Below, piece by piece: positions 12,620 to 27,041 of a stretch of DNA of 64,000 nucleotides. Position numbers and translations under genes: made by a program. The first letter of the stretch is position 1. Each line of letters begins with the position of its first letter. Where the stretch lies: assembly GCA_951406725.2 (NCBI GenBank), contig OX597836.1:35588001-35652000 (forward strand), given 5' to 3'. The notes beneath the pieces are model-generated. The model saw only the letters and a program-made list of their open reading frames with translations. It was not told where the DNA came from and did no database searches. Source of the stretch: Octopus vulgaris (lineage: Eukaryota).

Positions 12620-12875
12620 CGTGGGTTCGAGTCTCAGACCGGGCGATGTGTGTGTTTATGAGCGAAACACCTAAGTTCCACGCGGCTCCGAAGACGGTAA
12701 AGGCGAACTTCTGCTGACTCTTTTGCCACAACTTTCTCTCATTCTTTTCTCCTGCATCCAGCAGCTTACCTGCAACGGACCGGCGTTCAATCCAGGTGGG
12801 GAAACCTATACGCCAAGTAAATCGGGAAACCGGCCCTAGGAGCCAGGCGTGGCTCGATAAGGAACAAACAACATT
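12620..12875 (+). mobile_element. SINE family C variant, 5' truncated
   Basis: GGTTCGAGTCTCAGACCGGGCGATGTGTGTG...CTTTCTCTCA...GGGAAACCGGCCC; collinear with 29985-30300. Confidence 0.8.
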
Positions 12876-13566
12876 TATATTTGTAAAAACTACACTAGAA
12901 ATTTACATACACTCATACACAAACATACACACATATACATCGCACACACACACACACACACACACGCATTTCAAAGAAAGTTATTTTATTCTTCACGGGT
13001 ATAAATAGAGAAAAAACATTTGGAAATACACTGGGATTGGTTTATATATTTTATTTTAAAATCTTTAAATCTGTGAAACCTGTTATGTCTTTAAAAATCT
13101 AAACGAATCTCATAGCCTTTTCAACTTCATATTTATATATGACTCTGTTTATATACACAATGGGCATATATATAATGCATTGAATATAATATACACATAT
13201 ACATGTGTACATGTGTACGTACGTATATAGATATGTATGCGTGACTCAGAAATAAACTAATATGGTTTCTTTATTGAATTTTAATACTTTGGAACTAGTT
13301 ATTCACATCAAAAGCAAAACAAAGGAATATAACAAACTAGATTGAAATTTCAGTGCAAATAATTTCAAATATATAATTTACATTCTATCATAAATGGCGA
13401 GAAAATTTAATAAACTTAACAAAAGATACATTTGGTAAAGTGTATAGTTCATAATGTTCATAAAGTGTATAGTTCAAATGTTATTTATATTAATTACATT
13501 AATGCTATTATAGAAATATCAAAATTACTAAGTCTCTCTAAAGGAGATTACGGCAGCGTTACTGGA

Positions 13567-13646
13567 AATTAATAGTTATCGCCATACTAATATGGCAGTC
13601 TTATATTTATAAGACTGCCATATTAGTATGGCGATAACTATTAATT
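13567..13646. repeat. Perfect inverted repeat, 39-bp arms, 2-nt spacer
   Basis: AATTAATAGTTATCGCCATACTAATATGGCAGTCTTATA-TT-exact reverse complement. Confidence 0.95.
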
Positions 13647-13976
13647 AATGCTATTGTTTGAAAATTCCAATGAATATTTTGTCGTGTCTAGGAAAGGTCA
13701 TTATGCAAATAAATTTTAAGTAAACACACGCACCGGTACAACACCCATTCATTATTATACCAACTAAGTTTTCAATGGTTTTTTAAAATATATTTATTGA
13801 ACAATCGATCAGTTATTACTTTTCTCTGTCAGTGTTATTTTGTAGCTATTCGTGACTTCATCAATTAAATACTCCTACACTTTAAGATCTGCTTTGAGTC
13901 TATCTGAGAACTAGTTTTATGCCTATGCGTATGCGTGTGTATGTGGGATGTGGCATCTCAAGACGGTTACAATACC

Positions 13977-14211
13977 TATTTCTTTACTACCCACAATGGG
14001 CTAAACACAGAGGGGACAAACAGGGACAGTAAAAACAGATTAAGTCGATTACATCGACCCCAGTGCGTAACTGGTACTTAATTAATCTACCCCGAAAGGA
14101 TGAAAGGCAAAGTCGACCTCAGCGGAATTTGAACTCAGAACGTAACGGCAGACGAAATACGGCTACGCATTTCGCCCGGCCTGCTAACGTTTCTGCCAGC
14201 TCGCCACCTTA
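13977..14211 (-). mobile_element. SINE family B monomer with 14-bp TSD
   Basis: TSD ACGGTTACAATACC at 13963-13976 and 14212-14225. Confidence 0.92.
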
Positions 14212-14538
14212 ACGGTTACAATACCAGTGAGTGTTGGAGTACTTGGCTTACCATCGCTGGCTTACCATCCATGGAGGAAGTGCAAAAGATTGTCTTATTT
14301 TCCCTCTTTATTTAATTTTTAACTTTTTTATTTTTTATTTTTCCTTTTTCACTCTTCCCCTTTTTGTCTATCACATGACTTTATAAATGAACAATCTGGT
14401 GTGTTTTTGTTTTAATGGCCTACCAATGTATACAGTACGTTCTCAGCCCTACTCAGGTGTCAGCAAGACACTCAGCAAGAAATCAAAGCGAAATTGAAAG
14501 ATGCTAATGAAAATGGCAACAACAACAACAACAACAAC

Positions 14539-14584
<46 letters not shown>

Positions 14585-14624
14585 TAATAATGATAATAAT
14601 AATAATAAAAATAATAATAATAAT

Positions 14625-15052
14625 ACAGATTTGCTTGTCATTTGTTTGACCTTATCCAGTTGAGCATGTCCCTTAGTGGCTGACGATATGTGCATCTCTG
14701 ATCACGAGCAGAAGTAGTTGGGGAGCATCATAGCCGTGTGTTGAAAGGAATTTTTAGAGGTTTGGAGAATTCACCTCTGGAAACATGGGTGTTTCCTTCA
14801 ACATCCTTAAGCAATCCTTATTCAGGGACCTTTTGAGCAGGATAGGCTACTCGACTAGAAGAAAGTTCTAACTGGGCCCTACATGCAAGCTCATGGGCTG
14901 TTTATCTTGATATGAGATACCATGGCGTGCACATATGGTTGTGATGCATGTGTCTGGTGTACCCTTATCTGACGGGTAGTCATGATGGGTATACTGGGCT
15001 TCGTATACTTTACCCCAGTGTCACTCTGACAGCATGCACTACTCTCTCACTC
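14625..15052 (+). mobile_element. Unclassified retroposon 3' region (family X) with (AAT)n at both ends
   Basis: Homologous to 35110-35513 (+), 19669-20080 (-) and 18907-19165 (-); the end CTCTCTCACTC abuts (AAT)n. Confidence 0.75.
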
Positions 15053-15115
<63 letters not shown>

Positions 15116-15120
15116 AATAA

Positions 15121-15800
15121 TATCAACAGGCATGATAGAGCTGCACAATATATTCACTGGGTAATTTGCAAAAACCTGGATTTGCCCATGAAAAAAACTG
15201 GTGGGAACACAATCCACCTCCAGTGCTTGAAAATGACCACATCTCACTCCTCTGGAACTTCACCATTCAAACTGACAGAAAGATAGATGCAAATAGGCCA
15301 GACATCATAGTGAAAGACTTCAGACAAAGAACATGCCTCCTCATTGATATGACTGTCCCAATCGATATAAACGTATTTGTCTAAACCTACCAAAAACTGA
15401 GCAAATATAAAGATCTTGAAATAGCAATCAGCAAAATGTGGAAGCTGAAGACTAAAACAATACCTGTTGTCATAGGTGCCCTGGGAATGATAGCGAAGGG
15501 GACTGATTGCTACCTAACTCAAATACATGGAAACCCCAAAATGGCAGAAATTCAAAAGATAGTGCTCATGGGAACTGCTCATATCCTACGTAAAATACTC
15601 TCTATGTAATCCCAAGGTTTAAAACAAAAGTTTTTTTTTTTTTTTTACGTATTAGACATTCACTAGTACAACACAAAAAAACCCCCAAATATATGGCACA
15701 CTAGGCATAACGACGTGAACTTCCAACCTGTTGTCTCTTAAGGTCTCTGGGTGAGACTTGGAGCCAACTTGTACAGACATAAAGCAAAAGTCAAACATAA
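15121..15800 (+). mobile_element. R4/Dong-clade LINE 3' fragment (REL endonuclease) inserted in (AAT)n
   Basis: RHDRAAQYIHW, W-NFTIQTDRKIDANRPDIIV, LIDMTVP, KLSKYKDL, IPVVIGALG motifs with a frameshift and a stop; Dong elements are known to target TAA repeats. Confidence 0.88.
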
Positions 15801-15879
<79 letters not shown>

Positions 15880-16189
15880 TTTCATTTATTGGCCACCAGA
15901 GCCGACATATAGGAGACAATACAGCAGACATGAACTGAAGGGATTTTACACAAAACAACAAGTACACAATAAAAAGAATAAACTGGTTTAGTAGTTCGCT
16001 GGAAGCATTGTGTATTGCTTGTGAAATATAACGTGTCAGGAATGGCACAACAATGCAGACTGGACTATAATAACAGTTATGAATAATTTAATTATTCATA
16101 TTCTAATATATTTCAGAATATAAAGATTCCTTCTTCAGATATTGCTAGCAATATCTTAAGACACGTTGCATTTCAGAAATAATTATAAT

Positions 16190-17560
16190 ATCAGACAAAA
16201 GGAATATGACAATGAAAGTTTGCCATTGCGGTGGAGTGGGGGTAAACATCTAGACTTGGCTCAGGTACCCCACCGATCCTGAACCACTCGACGCTTCCAG
16301 GGATTTCGGGAAGGGCACTCTTCTCCCTCTCAAATTTACTCGCCTGCAAACTCATTATTGGAGTACGTCCAATCACATTGGCCATTTTCGCTACGTTCAC
16401 CCACCGTTCAGCAAATGTACTGGGAGGTAGCGCTTCTCTCTCCATCGTCATCTTCCTTTCCAAGTGAAATTTGAAAAAAGTTGATGAGGCATTGTCAAAA
16501 GAGAAAAGTGTCAATCTTCAGTCGTTTCAACCTGGTCCAGCACACAACTTCTTTCAGACAGAGAAAAATTGCTACCCTTTCGGGCCAATGAGTTGATCTT
16601 CTATTAATATCTCTTTTCCTAGTGAAAATCCTATATCCGATCTAGATGACCCTAAGCCGTTGGTCCAGGTCCATACTGGCGCATTAGGGAAATTTATCAG
16701 ACAGTTGGAACTGGCTGATCAGGTTCTTGAAGCATTTGTACCACTTCTTGTATCAGCTACTCCCACACAATTCCAGTGTTGGTCTAAGATTCCGTTCCGG
16801 GGCCCTACTAACAGTAAAGAACAAGACGTACCTAGAAAGGCTTTCAGATGCCTAAAGAAATCCAGCCGTTTTGCTCCGGTATGAGCGTAGACGACCACCA
16901 GTCTAAATACGCTACCTTCATTATTGTTCACGTCCAGGACAACCAACTTGGCGTCGGGTCCCGGAAGATCGACCTTACCTCGCGATTCAGCTCTTTCCGA
17001 AACAACACTCCCACTCCACATCCCATTCCTATTCTGATAGTCGTCGAACATGGGAACCAGTATGCGTGTACTGGAAATCCTGGTCTCACTGACAGCAGTT
17101 ATATCCAATTCTTGAGACTTGAGGTCGTTGAGAAGGCGCCCCTTCTTCCGGGCGACCCTAAGCCTCGAACATTTAAAAATCCTACTCTTAGTATGGCCAT
17201 GTTGGTCAGCTACAGATCGAAGGGAAAGTTTAACTTACCTCCCGGTGTCTTGTGAAGGTTGGGTGATTCGACTTCCATAATTGGTGAGGTTTTTTGGTGG
17301 GGTGGGGGCACCCGTTTAAGAGCCTCGATGTAAGTCTTACGTTCGGGATTCACACGTCTTCAGGAAAACTTCCACGAATTTTTGTGAGCGGCATTCCCAC
17401 CAGAAATTCTGCTACGCGAAATGTGTTCAATTCGAATATTACTCCTGTTTCAAATTCAATGTTTTATGCTTCGAAGGCCATGAGGTCCTCGTTGTCCCTT
17501 CTAATGAGTACGAAGTTGAGTGCTTTGTGTTGGTGGTGTTTAATGTGCTTGACTGTAGTG
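16190..17560 (-). mobile_element. Internally deleted L1/Tx1-like LINE
   Basis: APE endonuclease motifs GFLNVRGL, ITAVSETR, VVVYA, LLLVG, joined to an ORF2 C-terminus FFKFHLERKM...ERWVNVAKM; RT domain absent. Confidence 0.75.
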
Positions 17561-17934
17561 GTGATGGTCTTGTTGTTGTTGTTGCTGTTGTATCTGTTCC
17601 ATCTGTGTGTGTTGTGAGTGTGGTGTCTGCAGTTTTAGATGTTTGTGTGAGTGTTTATTCTTATTTTAGTTTTTTGCGTTTGGGTGATTATAGTGATAGT
17701 GATGGTTTTGGTGTTTTGTTGGGAGACGTTTACGTAGGTGATGTCTGTACCTTTGTGGTGTCTGTATGTATCTATATAATCTTGTTTATATGAGTATTTT
17801 TGTTTGGTGTGAGGTGGGTAGGTCAATTTTCCTTGCTTCCCCCTACAGTGATTTAATGTCTTTGGTGTTGGGTGCTGGTGGTTGTTGTTGCTATCACTAC
17901 TACTACTACTACTACTACTACTCTGGCAGCTACT

Positions 17935-18348
17935 GCTTGTTTGTTTGTTTGTTTGTTGAACGAAGCGGTCTTCGTCCCAGAGCTCGCATGATCGCGCCTC
18001 AGGATTGTCTGTAGTGGGAGAAGTCCTAAACGTGGTCCTTTGCTATTCGTAAAACCCGCAGAAGAGAAAGCAGACCAACCCCCGACACCGAGAGCATCGA
18101 CGGATGGATGAATGCGCATCCAGGTTCAGCGGTTGCGTAGGAAGTCAGGGACAAGAAACAGGAAGAAAGAGTGAGAGAAAGCTGGAGCTAAAGAGTACAA
18201 CAGGGGTCGCCCCCCCCCCCGGCCGGAGCCTCGTGGAGCTTTAGGTGTTTTCAGTCAATAAACACACACAACGCCCGGTCTGGGAATTGAAACCGCGTTC
18301 TTAAGACCGCGAGTCCGCTGCCCTAACCACTGGGCCATTGCGCCTCCA
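17935..18348 (-). mobile_element. SINE family C head and body with an alternative 3' tail ending in (AAAC)n
   Basis: 18150-18348 matches the family C tRNA(Arg)-like head; 17955-18150 is unrelated to the other family C tails. Confidence 0.8.
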
Positions 18349-18831
18349 CGCCTGTTTATGTGTTGTCGTTGCTATCGCTGTTAATGTTTTTTGCTATTAT
18401 TGTTCTTGCTGTTAGGTGGAATTCATGCCATGACAGTCTTGTTTTTCTCCTCCTCCCCTTCGCCTGTATGGTTACAAGTAAAGGAGAGAAGGGGAGGGTA
18501 ATCTTCAGCTGTTTCTATATTCGTAGGTGGGGTTGTTTTATTTTTTTCTCAGCTCTTTCAAGTTGCGCTCTGCCATCGTTTTACGTTGCATTTGATGAAA
18601 TTAAATTAAATCAAATTAAATTAAACGCACATTATTATTTGGTGGGCCGAATTCCAGCCCTCTAGGGGCTAAACATCCGTAGAAAACCAGTAACAGGATC
18701 CTGGTGATACTATTCGCAACTTGGAATAAAACAATTATTGAAAAAATATACATATCCTGGTGTAAATAAATATTTTGAACTTAACTTATTTGGAGTGTTC
18801 GAAAACATCTCTCATGTATTCGGCAGCAAAT

Positions 18832-18867
<36 letters not shown>

Positions 18868-18906
18868 TTAATAATAATCAAATAGAATTATTGTTATTAT
18901 TATTAT

Positions 18907-19163
18907 TGAGCGTGCCATTAAAGTGATACTTGAAGGTTTGTTTAAGGATGATGAACAAAACAGCCATGTTTCTAGAGGTGAATTATCCAAATTCCAAAGA
19001 ATTCCTCTCAACACGTGGCTACGATGCTCCTCCACAACTTTCGTGACCAGAGATACACATATCGCCAGTCACTAAGGGCCATGCTCAAATGGTTATGGTC
19101 AAGCAACTGACACACAAATCTGTGGTACGGAGCAGGATATTTACTGTAGCCCATCTTTTATAC

Positions 19164-19165
<2 letters not shown>
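18907..19165 (-). mobile_element. Family X copy with internal deletion
   Basis: Reverse complement of the 14625-14820 region plus a terminal remnant; flanked by (ATT)n. Confidence 0.7.
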
Positions 19166-19232
<67 letters not shown>

Positions 19233-19236
<4 letters not shown>

Positions 19237-19613
19237 TAGTTTTATTTTTATAACGTGCTTTCACTTCACTACCGAGCGCAGCTCTGTGTGCCTTGGGTAT
19301 GTGCTGTGATTTGTTGTGATGCTCTAATGGTTACTGTATTGAAAGTGTTCTGCGTTGGATGTGTGCAGTGCCTAGTAGTGCAATTTTTTGTATGTTATAT
19401 TTGTTTGTAAGTCCTGGAGTTTTTGTTATGAATTTGTCTGAATATTTTTTTTTATCATGCCTAATGCACCTACTATGATAGGAATTGCTTCTGTTTTTAG
19501 ATTCCACATTCTAGTTACCTCTATTTCCAGGTCTATGTCTTTTGAAAGTTTCTCCATTTCTTTTAGAGACACGTTGTCATCTGCTGGTATTGATACATCA
19601 ATTAGAAAGCATT
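19233..19613 (-). mobile_element. Second R4/Dong-clade LINE 3' fragment in (AAT)n
   Basis: KCFLIDVSIPADDNVSLKEMEKLSK-DLEIEVTRMWNLKTEAIPIIVGALGMIKK; (ATT)n on both sides. Confidence 0.85.
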
Positions 19614-19633
19614 TATTATTATTATTATTATTA

Positions 19634-19668
<35 letters not shown>

Positions 19669-19669
<1 letters not shown>

Positions 19670-20080
19670 GAGTGAGACAGCAGTACATGCGAACAACGTG
19701 ACATTGGGGTAAAATATACCCATGATAACTACCCATCTGATAAAGTGTTCACCAAGCACGTGCATCATAAATGTATGTTCGCGACATGTTGATCTCATAT
19801 CACGATAAAAAGCGCATGACCTTGCAGGTGGGGACCTTGCAGGTGGGGACCTTGCAGGTGGGGACCTTGCAGGTGGGGACCTTGCAGGTGGGGACCTTGC
19901 AGGTCGGATAGCACATCCCACTCAAAAGGTCCCTGAATAGGGTCGTTTAAGAATGTTAAACGAAGAACACATGTTTCCAGAGATGCATAATTCAAACTCC
20001 AAATAATTCCTCTCTGCACATGGCTATTAATCACCGCCACTACTTCTGCTCGTAACCAGAGATGCACATGTCGTCAGTGA
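19669..20080 (-). mobile_element. Family X copy containing a 15-bp minisatellite
   Basis: Homology to 14625-15052; GACCTTGCAGGTGGG x5.8 at 19818-19904. Confidence 0.75.
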
Positions 20081-20483
20081 CTTCTATATGTACCAGTTCA
20101 GTATATCAATTTATTTAGTTACGATGCTCGATGTTTATAAAATTCACCTGCTAAATATAAAAAAAGTGATATTTACATGAGGTTTTCTTTCTAAATATTT
20201 CATACGCAAAATTACATTATATTATCTTCAACCAACGATAAGAGAAGTATATTGTACATTAAATAAAGGAGATATTTGATATTTCTTTATTTTTCATGAC
20301 TTAAAATCGCGGCAGCTAAAGATTATTTAAGAATAATTTACTCAATATTTTTTTTTTTTAATTTATGAAAAAACAATGAATGTAAACGATCGTTTTAAAT
20401 ATTCATTTGCCAGGTGGTAATAAGAAAATGACTGATTGAAAACACAAAGGAATAATGTTTTTCTATATTTATGAAGATATATT

Positions 20484-20849
20484 GGCGCAGGAGTGGCTGT
20501 GTGGTAAGTAGCTTGCTTACCAACCTCATGGTTCCGGGTTCAGTCCCACTGCGTGGCACCTTGGGCAAGTGTCTTCTACTATAGCCTCGGGTCGACCAAA
20601 GCCTTGTTAGTGGATTTGGCAGACGGAAACTGAAAGAAGCCCGTCGTATATATGTATATATATACATATATATACTTCATAACTTAAAATTGAATAGAAG
20701 ATCTGAAAACCACCTGATGAATGTCCTTAGAAGAGACACGAAACAATTGTAGTGGCGAATTTAATTTTATTTAATTTATATAAAATTTTTTATGTATTTG
20801 GATTAAGTCTTTCTTTGTTTGATTTGCATAACAGTGGTTTTGTCTCTAA

Positions 20850-20931
<82 letters not shown>

Positions 20932-21146
20932 ATGTTTGTGTGTCTGTGTTTGTCCCCCTAGCTGTGATTGACAACCGATGCTGGTGTGTTTACGTCGCCG
21001 TCACTTAGCGGTTCGGCAAAAGAGACCGATAGAATAAGTACTAGGCTTACAAAGAATAAGTCCTGGTGTCGATCTGCTCGACTAAAGGCGGTGCTCCAGC
21101 ATGGCCGCAGTCAAATGACTGAAACAAGTAAAAGAGTAAAAGAGTA
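20484..21146 (+). mobile_element. SINE family A split by a PLE-like insertion in its central (TA)n
   Basis: 5' half 20484-20650, foreign insert ~20675-20857, 3' half ~20920-21146. Confidence 0.9.
20710..20755 (+). ncRNA. Minimal type-I hammerhead ribozyme motif
   Basis: CCAC-CTGATGA-aTGTC(cttagaaga)GACAc-GAAA-CAATTGTA-GTGG: stem I CCAC/GTGG, intact core, palindromic stem III ACAATTGT, GUA cleavage triplet; the 10.1-11.1 pair is A.C instead of G-C. Confidence 0.75.
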
Positions 21147-21608
21147 TATATAACTTATTGAATGTTGAAAACTCCATACGGTGTCACTTCTAGAGAAAGC
21201 TGAATTCTATAATAGCCAAGCAAAAGTTTACTAGAATATAAAAAAGATTAATGCATAAGCTCATTGATATATTTTCATATAGCATTTTTATTAAAATATA
21301 TTTCTAAATTTTTAGACGTCCTTATCGTGATTTCCATTGTATGCATGCTACAGGTAACATTCAAAGAGATCTATGAAAGTATAGTTAATTATTATTGAAC
21401 AATTGCTAAGCCACTTACAATTTCGAGAGCGGTTTTTTAATTGGACTTTTGGAGGAACATCAAAAAGAAACGCTGTTCTTTTTTCGTCCCTGTTTCGTAT
21501 ACATTCGCTGCTTTCTTCCAACGAATGTAATGCTCTTAGCTTATTTATCCTTATGTGCTAATGTTTCTAAATATATATGTGCTAATGTTTCTACCAGCTC
21601 GTCGCCTC

Positions 21609-23359
<1,751 letters not shown>

Positions 23360-23363
<4 letters not shown>

Positions 23364-23583
23364 GCGACGAGCTGGTAGAAACATTAGCACGCCGGGTGAA
23401 ATGCTTTGCGGTATTACACTTGCCCTTAGTTTCTGAGTTCAAATTTCGCCCAGGTCGACTTTGCCTTTCATTCTTTCAGTGTCGATTAAATAATTACCAG
23501 TTACGTACTGGAGTCGATTTAATCCCTTTGTCTCTCATTGTTAGTCCCCTCTATGTTTAGCCCCCTGTGGAAATAAAAGAAAT
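23360..23583 (+). mobile_element. SINE family B monomer
   Basis: GAGGCGACGAGCTGGTAGAAAC head through TTAGCCCCCTGTGGAAATAAAAGAAAT tail. Confidence 0.85.
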
Positions 23584-23589
23584 ATATAT

Positions 23590-23910
23590 ATAATCATATC
23601 AAATGGAAATGGAATTTAATTAAAATTAAATACATTCAATTAAAATTTACACTTCCAGTGGTCTAACGCGTAAAAGAATTTTAGTCAAAAAGACTATATA
23701 TTAGTCATACGATATAGTATATATTCAAACATATAGAGAATCCACTTATAGGAATTCTACGCGCTAGAAAGGACAGCTAATTTCTATGATCACAAAAAAT
23801 TCGGGATAAAAGTCGAAATTTTTGTGGTCATAGAACTTAGCTGTTCTTTCTAGCGCTTAGAATTCCTATAAGTGGGTTCTCTGTGTGTTTAAATATACAC
23901 TATATCGTAT
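23590..23910. mobile_element. PLE-like end with ~97-bp inverted duplication, between TA tracts
   Basis: 23707-23803 pairs with 23814-23910; shares CCAGTGGTCTA and CCACT...GCTAGAAA motifs with the 56.5-kb family. Confidence 0.65.
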
Positions 23911-24904
23911 ATATATATATATATATGTTTGTGTGTGTGTGTGTTAATCTGTCTACCTAAATACCGACATACCTCTCTGCCTATTTATTTATCTTCACTA
24001 ATTCTCCCCCCCCCTCTCTCTCTATATATATATATACATATCTATATCTATAGTTAGCTAGCTCGAGGGACAGATATGCAGATAGATAGAAAAATAGATA
24101 GATAATGATGGGAAAATAGTCCTCTCCAATAGTAATAAAATACGATAACAACAGAACTTTCTCAATCCTGACCCAATGACCTCTGGCCTATTAACAATAT
24201 AAAATATATAAAATATGATAGCTTCTACAAAATCTTGTGCTTTTACTTAGATAACACATTCAAATTTGCGGTGTTGATCTGAAAAATATGATGGTAATTG
24301 TCAAACGAAAAATTGCAGAACATAAAAAATTACGATAAAACGTGAGCAATATAAACTTTATATTTTATTTTGCTATTGCGAATATAATCCCGCAAAATTG
24401 TTTGATGTAAACCAAAGATAAAACTTCATTAACAGGAAGCACAAGCCTTCTTTTTATCAGTACTTTACGAAAGATGATGAATAAATAGTGGAAGAATTAC
24501 CGAAAGTTCATTGATATACTAAATGTATATCCTGAAAAGATAAATGGTCAAATGGAAAATTTGGATGTTTCTTATTCTTATTCTCTTTCAATGAAACTGA
24601 AAGCAATAATTTTGAGACTTTGTATTTTCTCAAGACATCGAAATGAGAACTGGCACCGTTTTATCTCTTAACTTATCTGCGAAATGTGGTGGAGGTTATG
24701 TTCTGTTAATTTCGGTTTATAGCACTTCCCTGCACATTTTACTATAGAAAGCGTTTGATATATTCAGTAGTATGCGAGAAATGTTAAAAATTTTCGATAG
24801 ATTTTATTTACTTTGTAGCAATATCAGTGTTGAACAAGGCATTACTATACGGAGTCATGAAAAGCTAATTGCAGAAAGCACTGTGTCATATAAGCATATC
24901 ATTA

Positions 24905-25677
24905 TGTCGTGTCGGGACAAGCTATTACTGTGCTGTGACGTGGCTCGATGTTACGGTACTCTGCCATACCAAAAGAGTACTAGGTGACGTCGTACAAAGA
25001 TAAGATTTTGTCATAGTATGAAGAAGGAACTGCACTAAGTAATAGCGAAGTAATTACTGAACCCTGTCACATAAACTGTGCTGCAGGGAGCCATTACTCT
25101 GCTGTGCTGCGTCAAGAATATACTGCGTTGCGTGAAGACTATGCTGCGTTGCGTGAACACTTTGCTACGCCATGTACCGTCAGTTACGTTGTTTTTCAGT
25201 GTCAACGCAGCACTTACTTTACTTGTACTTGTGGCGACATTCACCCTGGGCGGGTTGAGTCGGCTTCTTCTACTCATGGAAGAAGTTTCGTGGGAATATG
25301 TGGATTTCACAAGCGGTCCCCGACAATCTCCGCATGTAGAGACATCCTGTTTGCCGCAGATTGTCCGCAGACGCAGGGACAGAACAACCGAGGAGCCGCC
25401 GGTTACCGAAGCAGACACTCCGAGGATTTTCACCAGAGCCCCGTCTGCCGGGTTGTGGCCCTAATACCACATGGTATAAGACTAATCCGCTTTGGGTGGC
25501 CCTACCAGGAACCGAAGTTCCCGACGGCACAGCTCTGACACTATCCGTTGCCAGCATCTCCACCACGGTGAGGAGGGGATGGACATTGGGGACGCAGCAC
25601 TGTGTCACTTGATAACCATACAATATAGTGCCAATCGTACTGTGTAGTATCTTACCTGGTAGTACTGTACCACGACA
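24905..25677. mobile_element. Probable solo LTR
   Basis: 773-bp GC/CpG-richer island bounded by TGTCGTG...CACGACA (TG..CA, 7-bp inverted termini); no clean TSD, PBS or PPT seen. Confidence 0.45.
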
Positions 25678-26739
25678 TTCCAAAGCAATTCTATACTATT
25701 TAGTGTCGAGCAAGGAATCTTATTTTCTTCATTCCATCATAGCTAAAGTGTGTACATATCCGTATAACTGAAATAGATCATACTTAATCCAATGAAGAAA
25801 TTTCTGCGTGTTCATTCGATATACAAGAGGAAAAAGCCAAATCGAACTCAATAAAATTCGAAAGGTGAGCGAAAAAGTTCGAAACAGCGAATGTTACAAC
25901 TTATCTGCAGTGTTTCAACGGGTAAATATCCTATTGTTGCGCATTTCTCTGTTTATTGTTCACAATTGTAAGTTTTTCTTTTTGTTAGGGGTTCTGTTGC
26001 CCTTCGACAGGATTTTAGTTCCTTCCTCCAGATCCCACAAATCCTTTTCTTCAAGTAAACACCTGATAATAGAACAGCTAACATGCTATAGTGTAGACTT
26101 TGACATGACCATATTACTGGCCGGAAAATTGGATATGTGCAGCTTAATGGAATTTTGTGGGATTGAGTATAGGGATAAGAAAGCAATAAAAGTCACCCCA
26201 ACCACACACAAAAAAAAAAATCAACTGTTCCTTGCTTTCAGAGCAGTGAGTTAAAACAATATAGAAATCATAAAACGTGTTAAGACGGTAATAAAGTCCA
26301 AAAAAACTCCAATGAATATTGCGGTTATTAGTACAAGACCTTGTAGCTTATTAGAATAATTTCGGTTTCGGTATAACGTAAAAGAGTATGGAAAGTAATA
26401 TAGTAAATATGAGTCAAATAACTGACGAACGTGGGTAAGAGCAGTTTAGTCAAAGGTGCAACGGTATCCGCGACACATGAACAAAAGTGCTAGTTATTGG
26501 GACTGGGTCTCGAAATTCTGATCCCGGCAGCACAGGCGTCGGAGGCGGAGGAACTAGGAGTAGGGAATGGCTGGTTTGGTGTGGGAGGGATGGGAAAAGG
26601 AAAATTATATTTTCTTGCAATTTTACTTTGAGAAATAAGTTAGTCATAGTTTTCTAACTGGTTCATGATTTTAAAGAAAAATAAACATTGTTTCATATCA
26701 TTTAATGTTGCTTTATATCATGATCATCATCAATATCAA

Positions 26740-26786
<47 letters not shown>

Positions 26787-27041
26787 AGAACAGCGTTGTC
26801 ATCTTATACCAATCTTCTACTAACTTGCCATCAACCTCCTGCTCTCTCTCTCCCTGTTTTTTTTTTCTTTATTTCTCTTTCATGTTTTCTGCTAACCCGA
26901 TCCTTATAATTGTTCGTAATCATTGCATTGAACCCTGCTTTGTTTATTTGCTATATTATAAATATTGGAAATAATGAATCACATCCTTGAATACTTAAAT
27001 GACTAAATGCTCAGTTAACTTTCTAGGTACCATTCACATTT

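Noticed and set aside
19634-20067. PARSP / LQGPH repeat protein
   Set aside because: Translation of the 15-bp minisatellite within family X
25035-25683. Overlapping 83-144 aa ORFs as a host exon
   Set aside because: No recognisable domain; open frames on both strands are explained by higher GC; LTR-like termini enclose the block
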